From Asterias rubens (taxonomy: Eukaryota): a DNA stretch of 64,000 nucleotides. Under the pieces are notes generated by a model, which saw only the letters and a list, made by a program, of their open reading frames with translations, was not told the DNA's origin and searched no databases. The stretch's first letter is position 1. Each line of letters starts with the position of its first letter. Positions 25,622-37,700 of the stretch are shown piece after piece. The DNA lies in the NCBI RefSeq assembly GCF_902459465.1, contig NW_022985693.1, forward strand, positions 1,426,001 through 1,490,000. Reading direction: 5' to 3'. The position numbers were made by a program, and so were the translations under genes.

Positions 25622-25859
25622 CTGAACACCTAACAATTGTACTGTACGCATCCCCCAGCAGACTCATTAATACTAGGTCATAATGGAGGCTTAATTCTTG
25701 ACAATGTTCAAATATGTTCATGTTGTGATGTAATTTCTACTTCCATTGTTGGCATGTACATGTTGTATGATCTTATTCATTGGACCCATTGTATTAATTC
25801 TGTACATTAACGGCTTTTTAGACCATTTGGAAAGTAACATTATACAAACAAAAAAACAT

Positions 25860-26310
25860 ATCAAAATGTATGCCGATACAGGTCAGTAAATAATGTAGAA
25901 GATGCAGTAAAGATTCAAGAAGACGTCTAAAGATTTCCTCCAGAAATGGTCAGAAAAATGGTTGCTCGGTTTTAATGCTGGAAAATGAAAAACTAGGGAT
26001 CAGGCAATCCACACTTCAAGTACCATTATATGGGCCAGACAGACTTTGGTGTGTTAATATCCAACAATTTAAAGCAGAGCACACAATATACGAAAGCTGC
26101 ACAATAAAAAGGGTATGACAACCTTTGGTTTGTGAAAAGATCATAGCACATAGATAGCTTTTCAATTCTGTACAAAACATAGCTGCGATGAAGTAACCCT
26201 CCTCCTGACTGACGCCCGTTGGAAGGAGGGTTACGTTGTCGCAACTACACAGAACCCATAACTTATAAGGCCACATTTGGGATATATTGCATTCAAGCAT
26301 GGAAGATGGA
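25860..26310 (+). mobile_element. Degenerate CR1/L2-type LINE reverse transcriptase remnant
   Basis: Broken frames read KMYAD..., IQED...LQKWSEKWLLGFNAGK and IRPHL..YCIQAW, matching CR1 motifs FADD, LQxDLxxLxxWxxxWxxxFNxxK and VRPHLEYCxQxW. Confidence 0.6.
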
Positions 26311-27514
26311 ATCCTGGATTATTCGCAAGTGAGTTGAACTGCTGCGAATAATTCGTTGCGTATTTGTGACGTCAACATTCGTATCGCATTCGCATTTGCA
26401 GGAAGTATGAATTGGGCTTAAATAAAGCCCATTTACTACACTACATGCGAGTAGTCTCTCGTCTTTACGTGTCTTGGTCTTATAATGGACCCTACCCAAT
26501 ATCCCAGTTGAAGTAGAAGTAGAAGTGCGAATGCCAAGTGAATTTGATGTTAATTTGATGACATATTTGAACCGGGCTTAATAAACCGGGTGTGGATGAA
26601 ACTTCTTCTCCCAAAGGAAAGAGAAGAGTCACATGATGATTGGAACAATCTAAACTCACAGGAAACACTACTGTCATTACAATTTTAACATACAAAAACA
26701 AGCAAGACAGTCACACACAGTGACAATGTCCAATTTAAGAAAGAGCCTGATTTGATGTGAACTGAAATAGAAGAAAAATACGATAGGTGGAAGTAATTAA
26801 TTTCTCTTAAAATAATAAGTAAGTAATGTAAACAAAACACTAAACAGAATGTTAAGTTGTTGAGAGTTGTTGGGTTAGGATTTTTAGTCCACACACAAAA
26901 AGATGTCAGAACTCGGTCCTCAGAGTCAGAGTCAGACTCAGTCATTCATGACTCAGTAGAATAAATATATTACTATGCAACGTTTTAATTAATTAAATAC
27001 TATACCTTTACATTAAAGCAGGACATGGGATATTTTTCCGCACGTCGCCACCCGGCCCCCAAGACAAGACAGTGGACAAACAGCAGACGATAACATCGTG
27101 TGATGATGATATTATATTATGGATGGACAAGTGTCTTTTTTTAACGGTGGGGTTACAGGGCGCCACCAATGATTAGTTGTTGTCCAGTTGGTACGCATTG
27201 GACCACTGATTGGACACGTGATTCCATATGCAGTGACTAAAAGCTACCGTGGGTTTGTTTTGATTGGTCTGAGGTTACCTCGGTTGGCCAATCAAAACAC
27301 AGATATGGAAAGCTTACTTTCAGTCGTCCGGCCACACGTGTGTTAGTATGTATACAGTACATTCATGGTGGATACGGTACTTGCTTGGTATGGAGGTGTA
27401 GGTATAATGATGGTGTATAGATGTGCGTAGCTCTATGAGAGGTCAAAGGTCAAACCACACGCCAGTTTTTGGCCGGTCTCTGGCGTTATTCACAAGCCTC
27501 GAAAAATTATTATA

Positions 27515-27666
27515 GGGTGCGTTCGTTTAGCTTCCCCGGGTCGACCCCGGTGTGTGGCGTTTTCTTTTTCCATTATACGAACGTATGCAGATATCACCCA
27601 CGTTCGTCCTGGAAAAAAACCCGCCACACACCGGGGTCGACCCGGGGAAGCTAAACGAACGCACCC
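27515..27666. mobile_element. PIF/Harbinger-like palindromic MITE (152 bp)
   Basis: About 45-bp perfect TIRs GGGTGCGTTCGTTTAGCTTCCCCGGGTCGACCCCGGTGTGTGGCG. The internal cacgttcgtcct motif is shared with a hairpin at about 12700-12750. Confidence 0.75.
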
Positions 27667-29846
27667 ATCCATAGACAAGTGTCTTTTTTTTAACGGTGGT
27701 GTTACAGGGCGCCACCAATGATTAGATTTGTCCAGTTGGTACACGCAACCAACCTGGCCGGACACACACAGGCATTGGACACACAGCATCAAAATAGACA
27801 TAACTAATCTTTCAGACACACAATTATTATGTAAATGAGAATACTTAAATACACTGCATCAAGCTGAAATTTCAATAAATAATTACTTTGCACTTTCTGA
27901 CAGCACTAATGTGGCCTGTTGTGACTTACACATCTTTTTTTTTTTAAGTGTAGGGCCTACGCACGGGTAGCAAATTAATTCCAAAGGGACCAACAGATCA
28001 CAGAACTGTAGACCATTGACTCTCAACAGTATCCCATCAAGAAAGGACAACATACATCAATTGGTTTTTTTAATATAGTTCTGTACAGTTTAATTAACAA
28101 ACTCTTACTTTACAGTTTAAATGTAATTACGGTATAATTTCTACAATCGATTCACAGCAAAAAACAAAATTTAACATGATAAGGGATAATCCTTGTTTGA
28201 TTGAATGAGGTATTAAAATAAACAGTAGAACTACAACTGCAGGATCTTAAGGATACATCTCAGGAAGTTGACACTCCCAAACAGAATGGATGATCGGGGG
28301 GGGGGGGGGGGGGGGGGGTGAATAACTTGTATTACTAACGGTGTAAAAAAATTACTGGTTGAAATGAATGAACTCTCAGGTTTGAACAATGAAAGGCCAT
28401 TTCAATATAAGTGGAACTTGATCTCATTCTTTATTCCAGGTCTTAATTATGTATAATCTACAAGGCAAAGAGCACTAAACATTGCATCACTTAGGGGAGC
28501 AAGACTTCTTCAATGCATTTGTTCCATACCAACATGACACGTTGTTCCACACCAATGCTTAAGACCTATACCTAGAATTAATGTTATTGACACCACACTG
28601 AAACTCAGCTTGTCATTCATAATGATCATCTTGAGACACAGTTTAAATGCAGCCACTTATGTTAAAAGAAAATATTCAGCAACTTTTAATGGCACATCTT
28701 CAATAGACTGCGAATCATGTTGGTTACGGTGGGATTCTTACAAAACAAAAAGGTAATACTATGATAACAACAATCGCCAAAATATATTACCCACAAGGAT
28801 AAACAGAAAACACTGCTTTATCCTAGGCCAACATGCTAATAACTTTTGTTTCTACATAACAAGCTCACATAACTTGCTTAGAGAACTAATACAGATTGTA
28901 AAACTTAAAGATGTAAAATTAATGGGTTGAGGTTAAAGCAGAGTCGAGCATTTTCAACAGAGGCAGACAATTTATACACATCACAGTATGTATTTACTAT
29001 ACATACTGCATTCTTAAGGAAAATAAAGAGGCATCTGTTAACAACATAAATGATCCAAATTCAATGGTGATGACCGTAAATGCCAAGTATATAAGTGTCT
29101 GTAGATAATACACCAACAGACTACGCCAACTACTATCATTTTTCTTGTACCACATTTATATGTACCTTAAGTCTCACTAACTTTTCATCATTTAAGATTT
29201 TGCAAATCATCAGTTTTGTATGATGCCTTATGTTTTAGTTATAAGGCAAAGTATGAACTACACAACAACACATTATCCATAAAGGCTAATACAAGTTCTA
29301 ACATCCAGTATTAACATTGGCTATTCATAGAGTTGCCTGCAACCTAATACAAAAAAACATTTTTTTTTTTTTAAGTTTTCATTTTAATTACATTTTATAC
29401 AGGGGAGCATTTCATGTCACCATGACATGCTTCATGCGTAATTCAAAATTATATTTCATGTGTACTTTTTTTATATAACTGGCTGGCAGGTCTATACAAA
29501 AAAGATGCTCAAATATTCTTATGAGAATATTGTCAACTAAATATTAAACCAAATTTCTGCTAAATAAATCAAACATGTTTGCTTTTGATTTGTAAAAACA
29601 ACAGCCAGAATGATTGTCACATTTTCAAAATTGATAGTTGCAAACATCTAACCATTGTATACAAAATCTTTAAACATGAAGATCAACATTGAAGTTTCCG
29701 TAATCAAATAACCGAGTACAAATATTCAAGTCAGATGTCGCATAAGTTTAATTCAATTCAATAAAACGTTTATCCATACTCTTGATAAGTTGATAGATTG
29801 GTCATAGCACTGATTTGAATGTCAATAATAATAGTTCCTAATTTAA

Positions 29847-30221
29847 AGGCAGTGCACACTATTGGTAATTACTCAAAATAATTATTAGCCTTAAACCTTA
29901 CATGGTAATGAGTAATGGGGAGAGGTTGATAGTATAAAACATTGAGAGAAACGGCTCCTTCTGGAGTGACATAGTTTTTAAGAAAGAAGTAATTTTCCAG
30001 GAATTTGATTTTGAGACCTCAAGTTTAGAATTTGAGGTCTGGAAATCAAGCATCTGAAAGCACACAACCTCGTGTGATCAGGGTGTTTTTTCTTTCATTA
30101 TTATCTCGCAACTTCGATGACCAATTGAGCTCAAACTTTCACAGGTTTGGTACTTTATGCATATGTTGAGACACCAAGTGAGAAGACTTGTCTTTGACAA
30201 TTACCAACAGTGTCTACTGTC
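29847..30221 (+). mobile_element. Kolobok-like TTAA MITE, family B (full copy)
   Basis: TTAA|AGGCAGTGCACACTATTGGTAAT ... ATTACCAACAGTGTCTACTGTC|TTAA. Confidence 0.75.
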
Positions 30222-31257
30222 TTAAAGACTGGTAGCAGGATGAAGCATTAGTCGCTTTCTGATTCAACTTTCTTTTGTTGAGAAAAGATAAATCATTTAA
30301 TATTTAGGATTACAACTTCCATTAGAGCATGTATGATTTCAAAGTAAAAAATAACAACAACAAATCTGCACAGCAACTAAGTAACAGTTTCATTTCCATA
30401 TGAAGAGAGATACTCACATTAAAAATCTACCTCGTTAATTTCTGACATATCTGGAATAGTAATAAGTAAAATCTAATCTGCCAAATTGATGAATTTACTA
30501 AAATATACATAACTGAGTACTGCTTTATTGCTAACTAGGATTCCTACATTAAATCAGCAGAGAGGGTACCAACATATAGGGAAGCCATGTTGTTTCTTTG
30601 TAACCTTAAGATGGGGATGTGAAGAAAAGAGAAGAAATAAAATCACTACAATCCAAATGCTCAATGAAACTTCACAACAACGGCAGATGTGCTATCTAAT
30701 CTCATCATAAAGAAAACGTCTTGACGTGACAAACCAGCACACATTAATGGAAGGAAGTCCCTTCAAGGAAGCCATAATTTTCATTTCACAGTCCTGTAAA
30801 CAATGACAAATAAAAAGAACCAATTCATTGTTAGAATTGTAACTCTGTTGATGCCACAGCAGATGTAAATATAAAATACTTAACACTGCATAATAATAAT
30901 ACATTTGTATAACGATTCAACAAAAAAGAGAAAGATTGTAACATTGGGAGCCAAGGCAGAGGATAGTGGTAAACTCTCTTGCCAAACTGGCCTTTACAAC
31001 AAAATTGAACCAGAGACTGTGGGAACTAACTCCACAGTATGAGGTATGGTACTTTGATGAATCAGTGGTATCAGTGAGGATGGGTTCCTTCTGCCAGGCA
31101 GTAAAATCTAGTCAAGCCAAACTAACAGACATTTGAACTTATTCAAATGATTAGAATGTATGAAAAAAAGAATGCAGGGTTATTAAATATGTTCAGCACG
31201 CTGGTTCTTTTTGGCATCAACCATATGGTGGACGAAGGAACAAATGTTAAATATTAA

Positions 31258-31615
31258 AGGAACATGACAGAATTGGTTTTGCTAACAAAACAGTTGCTGG
31301 CAGTGTAAGCGCTTTATGTAATCCACCACACACATAAACTGACAAACCTGTAGAAGTTTGAGATCGCACGGCCATCTGGGTCACGAGAAAATAGTGAAAA
31401 ACCGATTACACATTTTGCATGACATCGATGCAAACAAAAAATAAATAAAATGCCCACTGAGCAATAAACTCCAAACGGAAAATTAGATTTTTATTTATCA
31501 TCAAATATAACATTTCAGCCTGAAATATTTTAAGAGATGTTTTCTACTATCATCATGTTTTATGTAAATCTGTGATCTTCATGATTTGTTTTCCTACCCA
31601 TTCTGTATTGTTCCT
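31258..31615. mobile_element. Kolobok-like TTAA MITE, family C
   Basis: TTAA|AGGAACATGACAGAATTGG ... CCCATTCTGTATTGTTCCT|TTTA. Confidence 0.6.
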
Positions 31616-31706
31616 TTTACACGAGTGTTCACCCTTGATGTATTATTACTTACTTATTCACAATCTGTACAATCATCTCCAGATATGACTACTCCTTACT
31701 ATTTCC

Positions 31707-34700
31707 TCATACAGTAGCCTCCTCCCCTTCCCAAGGAGGCTTATCTGGCTTAGGTTGCGCACACCTTGCAGCAAGATCAGCATACGTCCCTCCTTGAAGG
31801 AGACATACCAGGACTACTGTCATATTGTCACATCCAAGACCGCCCATCTGACAATCTGGTGCCAGACACCTTGTCATCAGATCCTCACAAATCTAAAGTT
31901 AGTACAAGAGTCGAGATGACATGTGTCATGTATTAATTGGCACTGGACACACCTTTGATAAGGGAATCAATGTGACACTTTTTGGTCAAAAGGTAAAATA
32001 AATGCACAAATTATAATTATTCAATGATTTCTTTCAACACAACACCCCTCCAGCTTTGAAATGGTTAGGCCCTCGGGTAAACAACTCCTTATAAGGAGAT
32101 GCTGTGCGCGTCGCGCGAATCTGAGTATCGCGTGATGTTGCATAACTGTTTAAGCCATTGCAAGCGCGCGTCACACCCATGTTATAACATTTTTTAATGG
32201 TGTTATATCATCCATTCAAAAAACACCTCATGATGCCCTCTCGACAAATCAGAATGGATAAACTGTCTTAGGTATTTATGAATAATTGTTCAAAGTCTCT
32301 CTTTGTGTATCCCAACATTATGCATTACCTTTCATGTGAACATTTGGACTCAAATTGTCATCAAAACACCTTGTTGCACAACTTTCAAGCTTCAGGCCCA
32401 AAGTCTGTCAATATTGGAGTGAGAAATTACCTCTTTCTAAAAAACTAAATTACTGCAGATGGAGCCATTTCTCACAATGTTTTATACTATCGACAGCTCT
32501 CTATTGCTCGTTACCAAGTTAGTTATTACCAATAGTGTCCAGTGCCTTTAAATCACAAAATATTTTACCCTTTCACAAGATTCTCACAATATCTAAGGTT
32601 AGTAAAAGAGATGACAGGTGACATGTATCAATGGGACTTCTCATTATTTAAAGGCAGTGTACACTATTGGTAATTGCCAAAGACGAGCCTTCACAGTTGG
32701 TGTTTCTCAACATATGCATAAAATAACAAACCTGTGAAAATTTGAGCTCAATCGGTCATCGAACTTGCGAGATAAGAATGAAAGAAAAACCACCCTTGTC
32801 ACACGAAGTTGTGTGCGTTTAGATGGTTGATTTCGAGACCTCAAGTTCTAAATTTGAGGTCTTGAAATCAAATTTGTGGAAAATTACTTCTTTTTCTAAA
32901 ACTATGGCACTTCAGAGGGAGCCGTTTATCACAATGTTTTATACCATCAACCTCTCCCCATTACTCGTCACCAAGTAAGGTTTTATGCCAATAATTATTT
33001 TGAGTAATTACCAATAGTGTCCACTGCCTTTAACTCAAAGAGGGATGTAAAATTTTCAAATCTAAATTTAGAACCAAGAATTCTTTCATAACCAAACATC
33101 AATCAAAATATTGTCTTGAGAAATTCACTTTCCAGAGTCCTGCCCTGTAAACTATTTTTTGCATTTAAAACCATAGATCATTTTGGTTGGTAAACAGTTT
33201 GCAACAGCCAACACTATTTTCTCCTTTTTATATCCAATACATGAAGCTGATAAGTAACCGCATACTCCACGTTTGGTTTTTAGCGTAACAGTGAGAGTGT
33301 AACCTTCCTACCTTCTCTGGGTCCATCTTGCTTGCTACTCTTGTCCTGATGAAATCTACTACTTCCTGATTGGTCAGTACATCCCAGATCCCATCGCATG
33401 CCAGAACCAGAAACTCATGCTCAGACAAAATGTTATTGACTGTCACATCTGGTAGTGCTACAAATTAGAATAACATAACAATTAAAAGGTAGTGTTTCAG
33501 AAAGCACAAAAAATGAAACTCATAAAAATAAAAATAAATCATTTCACTATCAAAGAACTGTAAATTCAAGTTCCCTGAATACCTCAGCGCTACCTCATAA
33601 TCTCTGCCCTTTAACCAACTGATCATAAACAGCTCTAGCTATGTCTTTATCGACCATTCAATACCACGTAACATGGTCATGTTACCACCTTTCAACAAAT
33701 AGGAGGCCTGATACTTCAGGGAGGCATTGGAGGCGGTTGCCTCCATGCCCCCGGTCATTGCCTTGGTGCCCTTGAAATGCTCCAGCAGAAATTTACAAAT
33801 TCCTCAAAGGGTGCCCTTGCCCTCTCAAAAATGAAGCACACAGGCCTGACTGAAAAGCTGTTTGGGTGTTTATGAATACAACTTGGACAACAGTACAGCT
33901 CCAAATATTGCACTTCATCCCGCAGGTTTGACCTTCCAATGCACTTACCTATTACAATCTGTTCCTCAGCTGGTTTACTTTCATTCCTCTTGAAGACAAA
34001 ATCTCCCAATGCTCTGGAAAGTGCCAGATTGCCTGCACAAAATACACCAAAAGCAAACTTATCAGAAACAACAGCAACATGGCAGGCATAATAAATTTTA
34101 GCCAAAAAGTATAATTATTTTATGGTTGAGTCAACGGAGTGTGGGTTTAAATCCTGTTCATAACACCTGAATTATTGGACAAGACACTTATCTATGATTA
34201 CTTCTCATTGGTAGAGATTGTTGATGTGAAAGAAAATGACTGAAGATCTGGGTTTTTTTCCGAAGGACACAATCATGTGATGTGCAAAACATACGACTGT
34301 TTCACTAACTAGGTGATACACGCATGAAATAGCTTATGCGCTAGCATTTTCAGCCTCGTTCGAAAATACGTTTGTGGTTTTATATTACTTGGGACTTGTC
34401 CTGCTTGAGACAGGTTTTGTGAAAATCTAGGATCGATCCTTAAAGTTAGGAAGAGTTTTGTGAAATAGACCCCTGGACGGTGAGTGACGATGCTAAACTC
34501 ACCATTGACTCTGTTAAATTCTACCCAGCCTCCAGCTGCTATGATTCTCTTGGTCTCCTCTTCATTGCCTGGTTTGTGATCATAAGAGAGAGGTTGTGCA
34601 TGACCACTCACACTGGAAACTGCTCTTGAGTCTCCAACATTACCCTGTATCAATACAGAGATATAATATGACAGACGCAAATGTCACATCAAAAACACAG

Positions 34701-37700
34701 TTTCACATCACAAACAACACCACATTGGGTGCTCAAATGTATCTCGTTACAATTAAAGGAGCGTCTTTAGTTTCAACATCCAACACAAAGTCTTTTTCTA
34801 ATGGAAGAGATTTGATTGTAATCTTTGCACATTTAAAAAACACTAAAAAGAAATATTTCATCAAAAGTCGATCTTGTTCCTCCTGAACATGTTTCCTATT
34901 TGTCTTGCCCTTTAAGAGAAAAACACACCACCTTTCACATTGTAAATCATTCCAATTTATTTAGCTTTTAGTGCAAAATTTAATAACAAGGTATTCAGTC
35001 ATGTTGTAACACATCAGTTGTTAATGTCTCCAGACATCTTTAAGTTATCAGCCATAAGATTGGATTTCCAGAGTCTGATAATTTGAGCTGCAGAATATTC
35101 CACTCTGCTGTGCACATCTTTGCCTCTAGCACTATCCACATTATCAATGCTAAACCCTGTAGTATAACGCTACATTATAGATACAAGATCCATCCATGTC
35201 AGTGCTGACAGGCCATGATCCATTTAGTAAGCGCGTAAACTGGTAATATCAGTTAACCCTAACACACTTAAATATATGGACCAAGTCTATGTTTAGAAAC
35301 ATCACAGGTTCTCTACCCTGGAAGTATGTGTGAGTGATTATTTTGAGTTTCAAATGCTTTCTTTATGAGGGTATTAACTTACGCAGTACATCTTGTTGTC
35401 TTTAATGACTACGATCAGTGCAGTAGTACCTGCTAGTTCATCTTTCATTGACTCATCTGTATAGAATTAAAAACAAATGAGCTATTACTGTACCCCAATA
35501 TATACTATATGGTTATTAATTGGTGATAGGAAGGAAAACTTTATACTAAGATTAAAAATATGATGGGAACAAATTCAATATGTTTATTCCATTTGACAAT
35601 GAGAAATATGAATGCAGTATCTGATATGGATAAAATAAACTTTGGACTAGAAATCAAATTGATTGATAATCAACATCAACAATTTTGTACAGAAAATATC
35701 TTTTTTACAGTGCTAAAGTGATATTACCACAGTCCAAAATTTGAGAGTCTTTTTAAAAGGAGACATATTCTTAGAAAAAGCTCCTCCCTACTCAAGATAC
35801 TAGTTTTAATCCAATCCTCCAACTTGGAGCCGTGCAGTTAGCTACATCTTAGCCTCATGACAGAGACTATTAATTAAATTCAAACACTCAGATTATTCAA
35901 GTGCACTAAGTAGATTACAAATGATGTGGATTGCACACAAATAAATGTTAAATTACAAAATTTAAAATGTTTATTACAAAATCGTTCCTGTTGCACCCTG
36001 AAATAGGGCATGAATATTATTACTACAATTGAGAGATAAGTGCTTATCATGCTGATTCACCATATGGAATATTAATTGCCAGTGGATAGTTAACATGATA
36101 TTGGCCTAGATGTTATTGTCTTTGTGTGTGCGTGTGCGTGTGTGCGTGGGTAGGTATCCACATTCAAACCGGGGACCTATAACAAAAGGGACAATGGGTC
36201 CACGGTTGCTATCCCATGATAATTTGGAAACTTAAATGATGATTTGTGATGTCTGCTATAAATTCTTACCACTCAGCATATCTTCATCCAATAAGAGGAA
36301 GGATTTCTTGATACCGTCAATTATATCTCCTTTCTTGTAAGACATCTGATTGGTCATCTTTGTATGGAGATGCTGCCCAGCATACTGAGCCACTTTAGCC
36401 CCTTAATATGGAAACAAATATCAAAGTTAAAATACTTTAAAAAGTACTGTAAGTAAACATGTAGATTAATATTACAATGTTTGTATTGTACGAAATGTAT
36501 CTTGAGTCAAAATGCAGGCTTAGTGGCACTGGATACTATTGGTAATTGCTCAAAATAATTGTTAGCACAAAAACTTACTTGTTAGCGATGAATGGAGAGA
36601 TAAAACATTGTAAGAATCGGCTCCCTCTGAAGTAACGTCCTTTCCGAGAAAGAAGTTATTTCTCACTAAAATAATTTTATTTGAATTAAATTTTGTGACA
36701 TCAGAATTTGATTTTGAGGTCTCGCACTCAAGCATCTGAAAGCACACAACTGCGTGTGACAAGATGTTTTCTCTTCCATTTTTATCTCGCAACTTCGACA
36801 ACCAAACAAGTTCAAATTTTCACACATTTGTTATTTTGTGCATTATGTTGAGATACGACCAAGTGAGAAGACAGGTCTATGACAATTACCAAAGGTGTCC
36901 AGTGTCTTAAACAGTCTAAAGGTATCACATTATACAGTAAAGACCTAATTAGTAAATTTTTTAATACTAGTTGCCGTTCAATTCTAAAATAAACAAATTT
37001 AAAATTCTGATGGCCTGTTTACACTACTTGGGTCAACACAAAGTGTTAATTTTACTCAGTGGTAATTTCCTATGACAGAGATTCAACAAATTATGAATTA
37101 CAGAATCATTATGTCATACGATGACTAGGTAATAACAAACTGGTCATGGTGAACAAGCAATACATGTAGCTAATTTTATTATGTTAAATTCTGTATCTAT
37201 ATTACACCTTTCACGATGCACTGCATTCACAATGGAACATGCTGTACTATGTATCATTAATATGTAGGAAACTGCCATTTAATTCAAAACATCGAAATAA
37301 ATTATTGATCCATGTGTATCTTCCATAACTTGATATCATTTATCTAATAAAGATTTATGACTGACTATGGAATAAATTCAGTACATGTGCAAATTACTTA
37401 AATGCCTCATCATAAGAAAAGAAAACTATATTGATTGTGAGAAAATAAACAAATAGAGAAAGAGCAAACAGTAATTTAAAACAATGAGCTACTTGATGAT
37501 GCCATGTAGACGATGTGACCTATGTTTACATTAAAACCACCCTCTGTTGACAAAACACTGTATACATCATGTTTCTCCGGGCAAAAAGACACGTAGTCAC
37601 GGTAAGATTGCATACACTTTCTAGCTGGCTGCCTAAACACAAAGGTTTTGCCCAGCGGTATGCGCGCGAATCATGTTATGGTTTTTGAGTGACGTCAGTG

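Noticed and set aside
26685-26945. 86-aa ORF MTESDSDSEDR...
   Set aside because: The start derives from a short tcagag repeat and the rest is AT-rich intergenic sequence with no recognisable motif or splice support.
28296-28318. 23-G homopolymer (G-quadruplex candidate)
   Set aside because: Simple homopolymer whose length is unreliable in assemblies.
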